Assembly: GCA_951406725.2 (NCBI GenBank)
Contig: OX597827.1
Location: 19,592,001-19,656,000 of the forward strand
Direction of reading: 5' to 3'
DNA from: Octopus vulgaris
Taxonomy: Eukaryota
DNA length: 64,000 nucleotides
Below, in pieces: positions 13,441-27,269 of this stretch. Below the pieces are notes generated by a model. It saw nothing but the letters and a program-made list of their open reading frames with translations. It did no database searches and was not told where the DNA came from. A program made the position numbers and the translations under genes. Each line of letters opens with the position of its first letter. Position 1 is the stretch's first letter.

Positions 13441-13666
13441 AATTTCTGCAATTTCAACCAATCAGTGACGTCTATTGAGGTAAAAAGCATTTTGTGCCGT
13501 ATGAATATGTCCCTCGTTTAAGAAACAGATTGGGTTTATTTACATTTGTGAAGAAAAAAAGATACCCTTGCCCCACCCCTAGCCCTAAAACAGATTGAAA
13601 TGCAATAGATCGATACTAGGGTCATAATTATGGGTGACAGTTTCATATGACACCGCTAAAAAAAAC
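13441..13666 (+). mobile_element. MITE family A internal fragment between 49-bp direct repeats
   Basis: Matches the right half of the MITE; flanking repeats at 13396-13444 and 13667-13715. Confidence 0.8.
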
Positions 13667-14041
13667 TCAGCTGGGGTCCATATAAGATTTTGTTGAAATT
13701 TATGTTAAATAAATTGGCCATACACAATCTATGTGTAACTGTTTAATGATGTGTAATTGTTTAATGATTTTCCTCCCCCTCGCTGTATGAGGCTCCCCCT
13801 CCCTCATGTGTAATATTTTAATATTTATCTCTTTCTCTATGTGCGCTTATGAAATCGGCTGCCACGAAAATGTCCAACCCCCTCCAGTCAGTTTGCCAAG
13901 GGCTGTTTATGTCCCATACCAACCGGCCGACGCCAAGACGGCTGCACCTAATTGACTCTCTAAATACTTTTAAGGTTTTAGACATTTTGCATATTAAGTA
14001 CATTTATCTGGAATCCAGTACACTTTATTCTCAAAGGATAT

Positions 14042-14214
14042 GGTGTGTGTCTATTCCTCAATACCACTTGAAACAGGTGTTGGTAAATTAGCGATTCGGC
14101 AAGAAGGGAACGATAGAATGAGTACTAGGCTTGTCTAGGGGTTGATTTGTTCGACTAAATCCATTCAAGGCGCTCCACCATAGCAGCAGTCAACTGACTG
14201 AAAGAAGTAAAAAA

Positions 14215-14215
<1 letters not shown>
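14042..14215 (+). mobile_element. Diverged 3' part of SINE family C
   Basis: TTAGCGATTCGGCAAAGA..GATAGAATGAGTACTAGGC..GACTGAAAGAAGTAAAA resembles 40470-40600. Confidence 0.6.
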
Positions 14216-14279
<64 letters not shown>

Positions 14280-14294
14280 ATATGTATATATAGA

Positions 14295-15145
14295 TGTCGA
14301 TGTGTTGGCTGAATGCTATTTTTCTGTTTTGGGGAATTTTGATCTGGGATCTGTGCAGAGCCATTCTTTTACGTAGACTGTTTTTGTTTGGCCTATGTAT
14401 TGGTCTTGACACCCAGAGCAGGTTAGTGCGTATATCAGGTTCTCCGAAGCACATGTGAAGTTGCTTTTCACTGAGAAACGTTGTCCCTGTTTGAAGGAGA
14501 ACTCTGATCCCTCAATTAAATTGACGCATATCTCACAGTTGAGTCTTCCGCAATTTTTTACTGACGGCTTCTGTGTTGTTGTTGAGCGTATTCGGGCTTG
14601 TGTTCGGAGACTTTTTATAGATTTGGGTTGTCTCTTGCTTTTTATGATGGTGTATGTTTGGAGGATTAAGTTCATGCTGTGGTCCTTTTTGAGTAGGGAA
14701 ATGTTTTGAAGGATGGTGTCGAAGGCTTCATTGTTAAGAGGGTTGTGTGTGGAGATGTATGGTAGGGCTTTTGGTTGTAAATCTTTCTTTATTTAGGATG
14801 TCTAAGTTCCTGGTTGTTGAGTTGAAGGACACGTTGAAAGCATATGTCAGTTAGTGAAAGAATGAAACAGTCATCCCGATATCTCTTCCAGTTATTTTCT
14901 ATGTAGAGGAAGAATGGGCTGCCGTATTTTTCTAGAACCTTACGATGAAGACTAATTTCTAGATATTAGAAATTCTAGGTTAGAAAAGGAGGGGGCCATT
15001 CTTGTACCCATCGCAGTCCCCGATTTTTGTCGATAGAAGTTGTTTGGGAAGACGAAGTAGTTATTTTCCAAGATGAATTTTAGCCCTTCTATCACGAATT
15101 CCTTTTTGATGCGATGTGAGAGTTCGTTGGCGTAATTCTCTTGCC
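14295..15145 (-). mobile_element. Penelope-like element fragment (RT + GIY-YIG, Neptune-type)
   Basis: CGRLNCEIC...NLIYALTCSGCQDQYIGQT in 14316-14675; RT motif ILENNYFVF..YRQKSGTAMGTRMAPS near 14990-15090. Confidence 0.85.
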
Positions 15146-15801
15146 AGAATTGGCATTCTCTGGCATGAAAATGTAAAGAGACTTAAAGAATTCCAAGCAC
15201 GTATGTATTTCTATTTCAACCTCAGCTTTTTGTAAAAGTGTGTAATCTATTTATCTGGTTCTTATTAAAACATTGGGTTTGTTTGCTATTATACTTGACA
15301 TTATATTTGTCTGTATTTGTATTGTACTATTTACAGAGCTTACGCATTGTTTTCCTCCCCTATCTGAATGGGACCCCTCAGTGGGTCCATTCACATCTAA
15401 GCTACTTTATTTGGCACAGATTCAGGCAAATTTTTACTCTTCTTTTTGTTTCTAGACACTCTATTGTTATATTTTAATTGCACAGACTTCCTATCATTAA
15501 CTCTTCCTGTTGTCTGTTCTTTTTGGTTAGTGGTGTTGTTCATATTATGTATATTATTTTAATCATTGTTAGGATGGTTCAATTAAGAGGTTAAATCAAA
15601 GAGCATGCATATTTAATTTTAAATGTTTTTCTCTCATAAAATGAAGTTGTTAAAGTTTATTAGTCGTTGATATCCGCTTACGACGCCGTTTCATCTTCCC
15701 TTGGAATCTTCAGCATGGCATTAACTCAAAATACAAATCAATTTAGCTAAATTCAAAATCTTGCGAAGTAATCTAAAAAGCAAGAGAGGTAAAAGTTCAT
15801 A

Positions 15802-15895
<94 letters not shown>

Positions 15896-15917
15896 CTGTG
15901 TGTCTGTGTGTCTGTGT

Positions 15918-16219
15918 GGAGGCGCAATGGCTCAGTGGTTAGGGCAGCGGACTCGCGGTCGTAGGATCGCGGTTTCGATTCCCAGAATTGTGAGTGTTTA
16001 TTGAGCGAAAACACCTAAAAGCTCCACGAGGCTCCGACAGTGGGGGTTGGGGGTGGCGATCCCTGCTGTACTCTTTCCCCACAACTTTCTCTCACTCTTT
16101 CTTCTGTTGGCTTGCTCGCTTAGCCAGTGGGGTGGCGTCATTTGAAGGCTAAAACAATGCAAAGCGCATTGTGACCAGCGATGTGTAGCAACATCTGATA
16201 GCCTGGTCGGTCACGTGAT
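15918..16219 (+). mobile_element. SINE family D variant with a different 3' tail
   Basis: Same head and body as 6334 copy to about 16107, then unrelated tail. Confidence 0.85.
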
Positions 16220-16312
16220 ATATATATATATATATCAAAATGTGACCGCGTGTGTACCATTGGCGATTTTTTTCCCTCTGTCTTCCCTTCTCTGGATCTT
16301 TCCTTCTCCTAT

Positions 16313-16347
16313 GTTTCCGACGAAGAGCTCTGCTCGAAACGTTAAAC
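16313..16347 (+). ncRNA. Minimal type I hammerhead-like motif in a PLE terminal-repeat fragment (16235-16445)
   Basis: GUUU CCGACGA A GAGC UCU GCUC GAAACGU U AAAC; U4C core change. Confidence 0.55.
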
Positions 16348-16441
16348 CCTCCTCCTTTCCTTCTCTCCTGAGCGTCCAATAATGCTATATTTGTTCCACG
16401 TCCTCGCGTTGTTGTGTTTTTTTGTGCTTTCTTGTTTGGAT

Positions 16442-16512
<71 letters not shown>

Positions 16513-16856
16513 CTTTTCATCATAAATAGTTAACAATTTAAGAGAGAGAAATTTCTTACATGTTGGTATTGCATGCACATATTTCCAGGGTGATTCTAAC
16601 TCGCAAAAAAGTTTTGGGCGTAGTCATAGTTGATGTTTTACTGCAAAGAAATTTCGCAAGCCCATTTTCGTATATTCTTCCCATGTGGAAAAAAATACAT
16701 GAGAGATAGTCTCAATAGAATCAAAGAGACCAGGAACCACTGAAGGCTGGTTGTTGACACCAAATATTCACCGAGTTCAACATGTAAAAAAAAAAAAACC
16801 CAAAATGTCTATAAAGTTAATTTGGTAATTCTGAGAAGTGATAGGACAGTCCATCA

Positions 16857-16897
<41 letters not shown>

Positions 16898-17087
16898 ATG
16901 TAAAGAGTTTCAGTGATTGAATAGCTTACTGTCAAATCACTAAATATAGAAATTGGTCGAGAGCCGGAACAGCGTGTAGGAATACGGGTGATGGACATTA
17001 ATCGACAATCGAAAGAAGGAAGATAAACGAAGGATGGAGTGTCAAGGAGGAATTTTCTTTTGTCCCTTTTTCTTTTCCTTTCCTTTT

Positions 17088-17124
<37 letters not shown>

Positions 17125-17212
17125 GTTTGCTCTCTCTTTCTTCCTCACTTTCAGATACTTATTTTTGTATCCACTTTTCTTTCCCCCTTTGTCTTCATTT
17201 TATCCACCTGTT

Positions 17213-17533
17213 TATGCATGCATGCATGTATGTATGTATGTATGTATGTATGTATGTATGTATGTATGTATGTATGTATGTATGTATGTATGTATGCATG
17301 TATGTTTGCATGTATGCATTCATGTATGTATGTATGTATGTATGTATGTATGTATGTATGTATGTATGTATGTATGTATGTGTATATGTATGTATGCATG
17401 CATGTATGTATGTATATATGCATGCATTCATGTATGTATGTATATATGCATGCATTCATGTATGTATGTATGTATGTATGTATGTATGTATGTATGCATG
17501 CAAGCATGCATGTATGTATGTATGCATGCATGC

Positions 17534-17566
<33 letters not shown>

Positions 17567-17645
17567 TTATGTATTATGTATGTATGTATGTATGTATGCA
17601 TTATGCATGTATGTATGTATGTATGCATATGTCTATGTATGTATA
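17213..17645. repeat. (ATGT)n microsatellite
   Basis: Direct reading. Confidence 0.95.
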
Positions 17646-18120
17646 TGTGTATATTTGTGTTTGTGTGCGCGCATATCTACGAATGTGTGAGGTTATGTAT
17701 TTCCTCCTCCGATCTATTTCTTGCTCATCGAATCCGGACGAAACGCACTAACAGAAAAGGCCTTCAAATATGGCGGCTGGATGTTAAATTCCGTCATGAC
17801 AAAATAGAGACGCCATTGTTGAGCACACGACATTAATTGGGTGTGAAATTTACACACAAACGGGTGGCAGAGGCGAAACAGCAAGTCAATCTATAATCTT
17901 CGTAGCGATTTGAATCTTGGCTACGGCACAATGACACGAGAGTTTATTGAAATCTACGAGGGCCGTACTTGCGGGAGTGGCTGCCATCTTGCATATTTCT
18001 TAAAATAAAACAGCTTTTCGTTTTTTCTTATATATTCCCCACTTATTTTCTATTTTGACGTATTTGGTAATATATTCTTTTGCTACCATATTGTTTAGAC
18101 GTTTTGCTTTTGAATACACA

Positions 18121-18166
<46 letters not shown>

Positions 18167-18228
18167 CACGTAGATAAAACTCACACACATTTTTACTCAC
18201 GCATAAATACAAACTCGCACATACACAC

Positions 18229-18292
<64 letters not shown>

Positions 18293-18600
18293 ATTATTAT
18301 TATTATCATTATTGTTTTTTGTATTTATATTCGTATTATTTTTTTGTTTTTTGTATTTATATTCGTGTAACACCGTCCGTTTTTCTGTCCTTGTTTCGTA
18401 TACATTCGATCCTTTTTCCAAGAAATCTAATGCTCGTAGCTTAGTTTTTCCTTGGGGCTGGCCAGATCGGAGCAATTTCAAGATTAATCAGCCGAAATTG
18501 CAAGGATGATCCGGTTCTTGACTGAAGATTAGAGGCTTCGAATGACCCGTCCGTTTTTTGTATCGTCTATTTGAATGTTTTGCGTTCTTGTCCCTTTTTG

Positions 18601-18662
<62 letters not shown>

Positions 18663-19684
18663 CACACACATAATTCATATAAGAGTATTTACTCGTAAAA
18701 ACACTCATAAAATAAGCAGAGGCATTGCTCTACATAAATATATACATATAGACATAATATGGATTCAAGCACACAGAGAGACGTGTTTGATCATACACTC
18801 GTGTGAATCGCCATAATAGAGGTTAAAGTTTGTCTTTCACTGTAGGTGGCTACATGATGGCGGAAGAAGAATTTCTTTAATATCTACGTGAACGCATTCC
18901 ACATATGCAGCAAAAATATTCATTCAAACACATGCTAATATGGAAAAGAAAATACCTATAGAAAGGAGGGAGAAAAGCAGAATTTTTATGATGATATATT
19001 TAATAACGGAGAGGATGATAGATAGATTAATAGATAAAGATGATAAATATTTAAATGTGTCTGTGTGTGTTAGGAGAAAGAAAGAGAGTGGGAAAGTGAT
19101 AAATATAGTGCTATACATTGATAGATATGTAAATAGAGAGATAGATATTGAGGTTGTTAGAAAGACGTAAATTTGCAGGCAGCTTGACGCACAAAAGGGA
19201 AAAAGTGAAAGAAATTAAAAGGAATGAGAATAAGAACTCCTGTAGATTCGTTTGTGTTTCTACTGATATGGGAATGGTTTGAAAGAAAAATCACTGAAAT
19301 TGGTTGGTTGGTTGGTAGATTATTGAATAGTTTGTGAAGTTACAGACAATTATAGAGTCCTTACTTCTGTTCAGGATTTTGAATGTTCCGATCGTTTTCT
19401 AAAACACTAAAAGCAATCAGATAAATAAATCTGATGAATAGATCGAGATATCCTAATTAATTTTCAAGATTTATTTGTCTGTATTAGATAACTAAATAAA
19501 TTCAATATAACTCGCTATCTTGCCACGTCATTGTATCTGTTTCTGAAATAAAGATGGCGACCTTCTCGTTATTTCTGAGCCAGAAGAAAATGAATATTCA
19601 TTTTTCTATCATTGTATGTAGTGTTTATTAGTTTATTGCATTAATTATATTAATTATATACATAAGTAGCAATCTGCATACACA

Positions 19685-20104
19685 TACTCTTTTACTCTTT
19701 TACTTGTTTCAGTCATTTCACTGCGGCCATGCTGGAGCACCGCCTTTAGTCAAACATCGGCCCCAAGACTTATTCTTTTGTAAGCCTAGTACTTATTCTA
19801 TCGGTCTCTTTTGCCGAACCGCTAGGTTACGGGGACGTAAATGCACCAGCATCGGTTGTCAAGAGATGTTGGGGAGGGGACAAACACAGACACACAGACA
19901 TAGACACACATACATATATATATATGTATACATATATGCGACGGGCTTCTTTCAGTTTCTATCTACCAAATCCACTCACAAGGCTTTGGTCGGCCCGAGG
20001 CTTATAGTAGAAGACACTTGCCCAAGGTGCCACACGCAGTAGGACTGAACCCGGAACCATGTGGTTCGTAAGCATGCTACTTACCACACATCCGCTCCTA
20101 CGCC
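19685..20104 (-). mobile_element. tRNA-derived CORE-type SINE family C
   Basis: Reverse complement of 40184-40611; CORE-like GTGGCACCTTGGGCAAGTGTCTT; (GTAAAAGA)n tail. Confidence 0.9.
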
Positions 20105-20310
20105 TAGCTATTGTTCATATTTGAAGACGTGTAGATTAGTCAAAGAGTCATGCAATTAGCTTTATAGAGATTAGCATTGAGATAATTGATTAACCCAGAA
20201 ATATTTCCTGGTCCTGTATGTGGATGACACCTATTCGTGGATGGTTAAGGAGCAATGAAGATTGGTGTGGTCTGTTTAGAAGTGTGTTTTAAGAAAATAA
20301 CTGAGTAGAT

Positions 20311-20806
20311 CAGTGGTTCCCAAACTTTTTAGAGTCGCGACCCACTATTTATCACACCAGTTTATGACGATCCACTTAACTCTACTGAGTGACCCACTAT
20401 TTATCACACCAGTTTATGACGACCCACTTAACTCTACTGAGTGACCCACTATTTATCACACCAGTTTATGACGACCCACTTAACTCTACTGAGTGACCCA
20501 CTATTTACTACACCAGTTTATGACAACCCACTTAACTCTACTGAGTGACCCACTATTTATCACACCAGTTTATGACGACCCACTTAACTCTACTGAGTGA
20601 CCCACTATTTATCACACCAGTTTATGACGACCCACTTAACTCTACTGAGTGACCCACTATTTATCACACCAGTTTATGACGACCCACTTAACTCTACTGA
20701 GTGACCCACTATTTATCACACCAGTTTATGACGACCCACTTAACTCTACTGAGTGACCCACTATTTATCACACCAGTTTATGACGACCCACTTAACTCTG
20801 CTGAGT
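20311..20806 (+). repeat. hAT-like terminus followed by 9 x 52-bp minisatellite
   Basis: CAGTGGTTCCCAAACTTTTT at 20311; unit GACCCACTATTTATCACACCAGTTTATGACGACCCACTTAACTCTACTGAGT starting 20339, period 52. Confidence 0.9.
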
Positions 20807-20880
20807 AAAAACATTAATGAAATTAACAAATTTATTTCAGATTACATCTTCAGTGAGGCCTGTTTCTTGCTACGCTCAAT

Positions 20881-20916
20881 TTATGTTAAAAACTGCCGTT
20901 CAAACCGAAAAGATCC
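20881..20916 (-). mobile_element. Solo TIR of MITE family A
   Basis: TTATGTTAAAAACTGCCGTTCAAACCGAAAAGATCC. Confidence 0.8.
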
Positions 20917-21285
20917 TTTGACTCTTTGGGAAATGCAAATAGAGATAATTGGAAAGGAAGAGAAAGAGATAGAAATATAGAGATAGATAGGTAGATAGAC
21001 AGATAGACAGAGAGAGAGAGAGAGGGGTGAGGGAGAGAGAGAGAGAGAGAGAGCAAGAAATATTAAGAGATCAATCGCTTTTTGGGGCTTCAGTTATCGA
21101 TTAAGTTGATGTATTTTATCAGTTTGACAAAGACGATATAAAACTGGGAATTAGTCGCTCTGTATGTACGTTCGCTGCAGATTGGCTCTTGATATCCAGC
21201 AATAACAATGTATAATATATCTAAACGAACCTAATTCTTACTGTTCTTTTAATCTGTTTTTGTGAATGATAATTAAAAATGATGG

Positions 21286-21286
<1 letters not shown>

Positions 21287-21343
<57 letters not shown>

Positions 21344-21704
21344 TTCACACACACAGATATTCACACACACAGAGACATTCACACACACACACAGACATTC
21401 ACACACATACACACACACACAGACATTCACACACACACATACACACACACATTCACACACACACACACAGATATTCACACACACACAGGCGTTCGCACAC
21501 ACACACACGCATTCACACACACAGACATTCACACACATACAAACACACACACAGACATTCACACACACACACACAGACAATCACACACAGACATTCACAC
21601 ACACACACATTCACACACACACAAATACACACAAAGACATTCACACACACACACACACACAGATATTCACACACACACACATTCACACACACACACACAC
21701 ACAC
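21287..21704. repeat. (CA)n interrupted by GACATT (compound micro/minisatellite)
   Basis: Direct reading. Confidence 0.9.
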
Positions 21705-22177
21705 GAGTAGTTTCTATATTGCTACGAAGTTATTTTCACCGACTTTTCTTTCGTTACCGACCGACAAGGAAGCTTTACTCGTTTTCCTCGCTTTTCGCCT
21801 TCATATTGAAGAGTTTATTTCATTTCACGACTTCCGGCATGCTCACTCTTCTGCTGGGAGGTGTGGAGTCTTCGTATTGTGTCGGTGACTGATGAGGGAG
21901 TCGGTTGTAACGACAGCTAGATGTTGAAAGATGTGGTGGCGTGTACAAAGTGAGTGTGTATTTTGTTGTGAATATGCATTTAGTTCTGTGACTGCCATGC
22001 GGTGGGTTGCGGGTATGAGGAGGTTTATGAAGATGTATCTTTGTGCGTGTGAGAGAGCGGAAGGGAGACAGGGTGTACTATTTCGGGTGGGATGAAGCTG
22101 TGTATAAGAACTGGAGTAGAAGTGTCTTGGTTTGAATGAGTGAATGCATGTTTATGTAAATGTAGATTTGTGTCCAG

Positions 22178-22181
<4 letters not shown>

Positions 22182-22211
<30 letters not shown>

Positions 22212-22360
22212 AAGAAGAAGAAGAAGAAGAAGAAGAAGAAGAAGAAGAAGAAGAAGAAGAAGAAGAAGAAGAAGAAGAAGAAGAAGAAGAAGAAGAAGAA
22301 GAAGAAGAAGAAGAAGAAGAAGAAGAAGAAGAAGAAGAAGAAGAAGAAGAAGAAGAAGAA
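22182..22360. repeat. Perfect (AAG)n microsatellite, about 59 units
   Basis: Direct reading. Confidence 0.97.
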
Positions 22361-22447
22361 TGTTTGCGTGCTTATTGCCTTGAGTGCTACATGTGTAAGA
22401 TTCAGAAAATATGTTTACATCCATGTGTGTTTGAGTATGTGTGTGTA

Positions 22448-22875
22448 GGATCTTTTCGGTTTGAACGGCAGTTTTTTCTAGCGGTGTCATACGAAAATGT
22501 CACCCATAATTATGACCCTAGTATCGATCTATTGCATTTCAATCTGTTTTAGGGTTAGGGTTAGTTAGGGTTAGGGGTGGGGAAAGGGTATCTGTTTTTC
22601 TGCACAAATGTAAATAAACCCAATCTGTTTCTTAAACGAGGGACATATTCATACGGCACAGAATGTTTTTTTTTACCTCAATGGACGTCATTGATTGGTT
22701 GAAATTGCAGAAATTGAAGAAAAAAACAACAAATATCTTACAAACAATAGAATTTTCCCAATAAAGGCAAGAGAAAAAAATGTTTTATAAACATATTCTA
22801 CCAGTATACGAAGTTTAAAAATTTTTAGTTACCTAGAAATTATGTTAAAAACTGCCGTTCAAACCGAAAAGATCC
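22448..22875 (-). mobile_element. MITE family A
   Basis: Both TIRs; 8-bp TSD TGTGTGTA/TGTGAGTA. Confidence 0.92.
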
Positions 22876-23228
22876 TGTGAGTATGTGTTTACGATCATGC
22901 ATATACTTAAGCCTGTGTTTATGTGAACGTAGAACGGAAAAAGGTACATATGAAATACATGTGTGTGTGTGATAGGAGTACATGTATAAATGAAGGAACA
23001 ATTATGTGTGTACGAATACTGTAGAACTGAGATTTGGTTTTCCGGATATGCTATTTTACGCCACCAAATCTTTTACCTCGTGATTTCCCGACATAATGAT
23101 TAATCTTACATAAAGTCGAGACTGAGGCTGACTTGCTCTTCGCATGCGCGCGCAGATACATATAAATAGAGAAAAGCACACACAGAGACATAGAGGAAAA
23201 GAAAGAGAGAGGGAGAGAGAGAGCGGGA

Positions 23229-23269
<41 letters not shown>

Positions 23270-24397
23270 ACAAACTAAATTAGCTCTCAACGCATGTAGT
23301 GTTAAATAAAAAGATGCTTCTCAAAGAATGTATCGTATAGAGCTACATTATCTGAAAGTGTCACGAAACACTACACAGGTATAACTGCCAGTAATTTCAA
23401 AAGAAGATTTATGCAACATTTGCATTCTTTCAGGTGTAGGGCCAAGGAAAGCTCCACCTCTCTGTCACACTTCATATCGAAAACCTGAGGTCAAAGAAAT
23501 GACTTCCCTAACATTATATGAAGTATTCTTGACAAGGCATCTACATTTTCACCTGAAGTTTCTAATCTACTTCCGTGATAAACTGCTTATACAGCCATAG
23601 CCAGCAGTATACATCAATAGGAAAACCGATCTATACTAAAGGTATAGCATGTTAATGAACTTGAAACCACTGTCTCCTTGTGTCCAGGAAAGACTACCTA
23701 GCTGTCCTATAGACAGTTACAAGGTTTAAAAAATCCCTAGTTATCCGTAATTGGATGCGCATCGATGAGAAAATCTTAATCTCGGCAACAGCGACCAGCT
23801 GGATTAATTCTGAGATCATTTAAACAAGAAAAGAAACCATATTGGTTCTGTGGAGAAGACTTGTCCTCAGTAGTCTCAACTACTGCTTCCAGTTATGGTC
23901 GCCACCTAGCGTCAAACTAACAACAAAGCTCGAGGCAATCCTGCGTTGTTAGATCAGGAAGACTGTTTCAGTACAATAGGTAAAAAGGGGAAGAAATAAA
24001 AGGACTGAAATTTGTGACTAAAAGTTGTAGACGCACAACAAATGTTTCACATTCTCCGTTAACAGTAAATACCTATTGATATAATAGCTTAGGATTTCGC
24101 AGTTTTTCAAATCCTTGTCAAAAAACCTCAGAGATCGAAAAGACATAGATGTAGATTTATTTATAAGATAAACTTTTGATTGAGATACCAGAAGAAATGC
24201 AAATAAAGGCGGCGCTCTCCGGCTCCCTCATTGGCTGAGGCAAAACGTGCGGAGAGAATCGTAGATGTGCAATAAATGAACAATCTGTAATAGAATGACT
24301 GAAGAAGTGCGGGATTGTGTCCAGTCCCCCCCCCCCACACCATGTTAAGAAAAAAAGTTATATTACTTTGAAGAAATTATGAATGAATATTAATTAA

Positions 24398-24806
24398 GGA
24401 TCTTTTCGGTTTGAACGGCAGTTTTTAACATAATTTCTAGGTAACTAAAAAAATTATAAACTTCCTATACTGGTAGAATGTGTTTATAAAACATCTTTTT
24501 CTCTTGGCTTTATTGAGAAAATTATATAGTTTGTAAGATATTAGCTGTTTTTTTTCTTCAATTTCTGCAATTTCAACCAATCAATGACGTCCATTGAGGT
24601 AAACAACTTTCTGTGCCGTATGAATATGTCCCTCGTTTAAGAAACAAATTGGATTTATTTACATTTGTGAAGAAAAAAAAAGATACCCTTCCCCCCACCC
24701 CTAACCCTAAGTAACCCTAACCCTAAAATAGATTGAAATGCAATAGATCGATACTAGGGTCATAATTATGGGTGACAATTTCATATGACACCGCTAGAAA
24801 AAACTG
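24398..24806 (+). mobile_element. MITE family A, right TIR truncated
   Basis: Left TIR intact; ends at AAAAAACTG. Confidence 0.9.
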
Positions 24807-24858
24807 TCTCATCGGTATGTATGTATGCATGCATCTATCTATCGATCGATCTGTCTTG

Positions 24859-25582
24859 CAGTGTCCAACAATCTCCGACCTGTGGGCTTATATCGAACGA
24901 CTGCTGTCACGTGTGGGACGTGTCGATTTATCAGCCGAGTCTATCGTTAATATCGTCACGCCTCCTTCCTTCAAACGGGAAGGAAGAGCTATTTTTATCA
25001 TACTTGTGGCTATGGCGAAAGAATGTATCTGGTGGACGCACCTGAAAGGATTAGAGACAAACACGTTCCTCTCTGGTCAATCTCTCATCAACTTCTTCAA
25101 GTATCACTTGAAGAGGAAAGTGAGAGTAGAGAGGCAAGTTTTGTCTAGTGAATGTTTTAAAAAAAGATGGGTGAATGTAGCAAGGATGGCACGTATGAAT
25201 GACGAAGCCACCTTGACTATGATTCTATGAACCGTAAAAATTAATACAGAGAGTTGCTTATTTGCAAAAAAAAAAAAAAAAGAAAAGAAATATAACATGT
25301 GACTTCATTGACCGAGGTTACCGTGGTCTTTTCCGTAGGCTTTTCGTTCCACGGGTAAACCTCACCTGTCCTCCCTTTACACTTCATATTGACATGTCTG
25401 TGATAACGATCCCTATTGATCAATTCCCCCCCTTTTTTTAAAATTTTATCCCCCCTTTTTTGTCTTCTTTCTTTCCTTTTACGATCCCTTTTGATCGAAA
25501 ACCAAACCCCCTTTTTTTTACCCCCAAAAGAAAGCTCTACCTTGTAATTTGTCCTGTCTGTGTGCAGCCCTAATAAATAAAC
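24859..25582 (+). mobile_element. L1/Tx1-like LINE 3' end
   Basis: CPTISDLWAYIERLL...AKECIWW...KKRW resembles the L1/Tx1 ORF2 C-terminus; T/C-rich 3' UTR ending AATAAATAAA. Confidence 0.6.
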
Positions 25583-25586
25583 ATAT

Positions 25587-25659
<73 letters not shown>

Positions 25660-25696
25660 ATTGTAATATATACATATACATACATACACGCACAAG

Positions 25697-25738
<42 letters not shown>

Positions 25739-26212
25739 TACATATATATACACACTTACACGTATGAACATCTATTTACGCACACACACATACATATATA
25801 TACACACTTACACGTATGAACATCTACTTACGCACACACACAGTAACACACGCGCATCACACACGCGCACACGTCTCTATAATTAACAAAAAAATATCCA
25901 CGAAATGTGTCCCAAGTTCTTATGGAACTGATTGCAGTTTCGAGTTTTGAAAACAGCTTTCGGATTTCGTTTCGCTCTTCGCCATGACAGAGAAGAAACC
26001 GATTGCAACTTCGTAGGAAACGTTTATTCTTCAACACGGTTATAACTAAGCTGTTTACCGTCGTTGTTAAGCATTCATTAGTAAACTAGGGCAACAATTG
26101 TTGAGAATTGTTGAGAAATTACCACTGCGCCGACACTGCGGGGTCTTTTTTTCTTTTTAATTGCTTTGCCGAAGTACACACACGCACACACACAATCACA
26201 CACACACACACA

Positions 26213-26259
<47 letters not shown>

Positions 26260-26386
26260 ACACACACACGTACACACACACTCGTACTTACGTACGTATG
26301 TATGTATGTACGTATGCAATTAAAACATAATGTAGCCTTGCTGTCAGAATGGAACTGACATGAATATGGAAATTGTGAATTAAGAT

Positions 26387-26444
<58 letters not shown>

Positions 26445-26497
26445 TCATACACTCACACAAACTCAAAGACAAGTACGCATACTGAAACATGCACAGG

Positions 26498-26539
<42 letters not shown>

Positions 26540-26793
26540 TAGCTATGTGTGTATATGCGCGTGAAAATGTGTTAATGCTGGTGAAATATCTCTCAAAACA
26601 AGAAAATATTCCATGTGTAAAGATATTTTAAAATGAAATAAGCAAGACAAAACTACGTATGAGTGACAACAATGATACATACATACGTACATGCATACAT
26701 ACATACGGACATACATACGTACGTACATATATATACATACATACATACGTACATACATGTGTGCGTGTGTGTCTTTAGATATATTTGGCCAAG

Positions 26794-27209
26794 GGAGCTT
26801 TTCGGTTTGAACGGCAGTTTGTAACATAATTTCTAGGTAACTAAAAAATTTTAAACTTCGTATACTGGTAGAATGTGTTTATAAAACATCTTTTTCTCTT
26901 GGATTTATTGAGAAAATTCTATGGTTGGTAAGATATTTGTTGTTTCTTTTCTTCAATTTCTGCAATTTCAACCAATCACTGACGTCTATTTGAGGTGAAA
27001 ACATTCTGTGCCGTATGAATATGTCCCTCGTTTAAGAAACAGATTGGGTTTATTTACATTTGTGAAGAAAAAAAGATACCCTTCCCCCACCCCTAACTCT
27101 AACTCTAAAAGAGATTGAAATGCAATAGATCGATACTAGGGTCATAATTATGGGTGACAATTTCATATGACACCGCTAGAAAAAACTGCCGTTCAAACCG
27201 AAAAGATCC
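26794..27209 (+). mobile_element. MITE family A
   Basis: Both TIRs; 8-bp TSD TGGCCAAG/TGGTCAAG. Confidence 0.92.
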
Positions 27210-27269
27210 TGGTCAAGTTCTTATTTTAGCGAACTAAATATATTTAAGTATGATTATATATACAATAGT

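Noticed and set aside
18515-18555. Hammerhead at CTGAAGA..CGAATGACCCGTC
   Set aside because: Lacks GAAA and coherent stems
20339-20806. CRISPR-like periodic array
   Set aside because: Whole 52-bp units are identical with no unique spacers; eukaryotic context, no cas genes
21825-22080. Minus-strand frame ending ..PPSRRVSMPEVVK*
   Set aside because: No start, no clear acceptor, no homology; may be chance
23895-23915. CTCF-like motif CGCCACCTAGCG
   Set aside because: Single short partial match, expected by chance or from a TE
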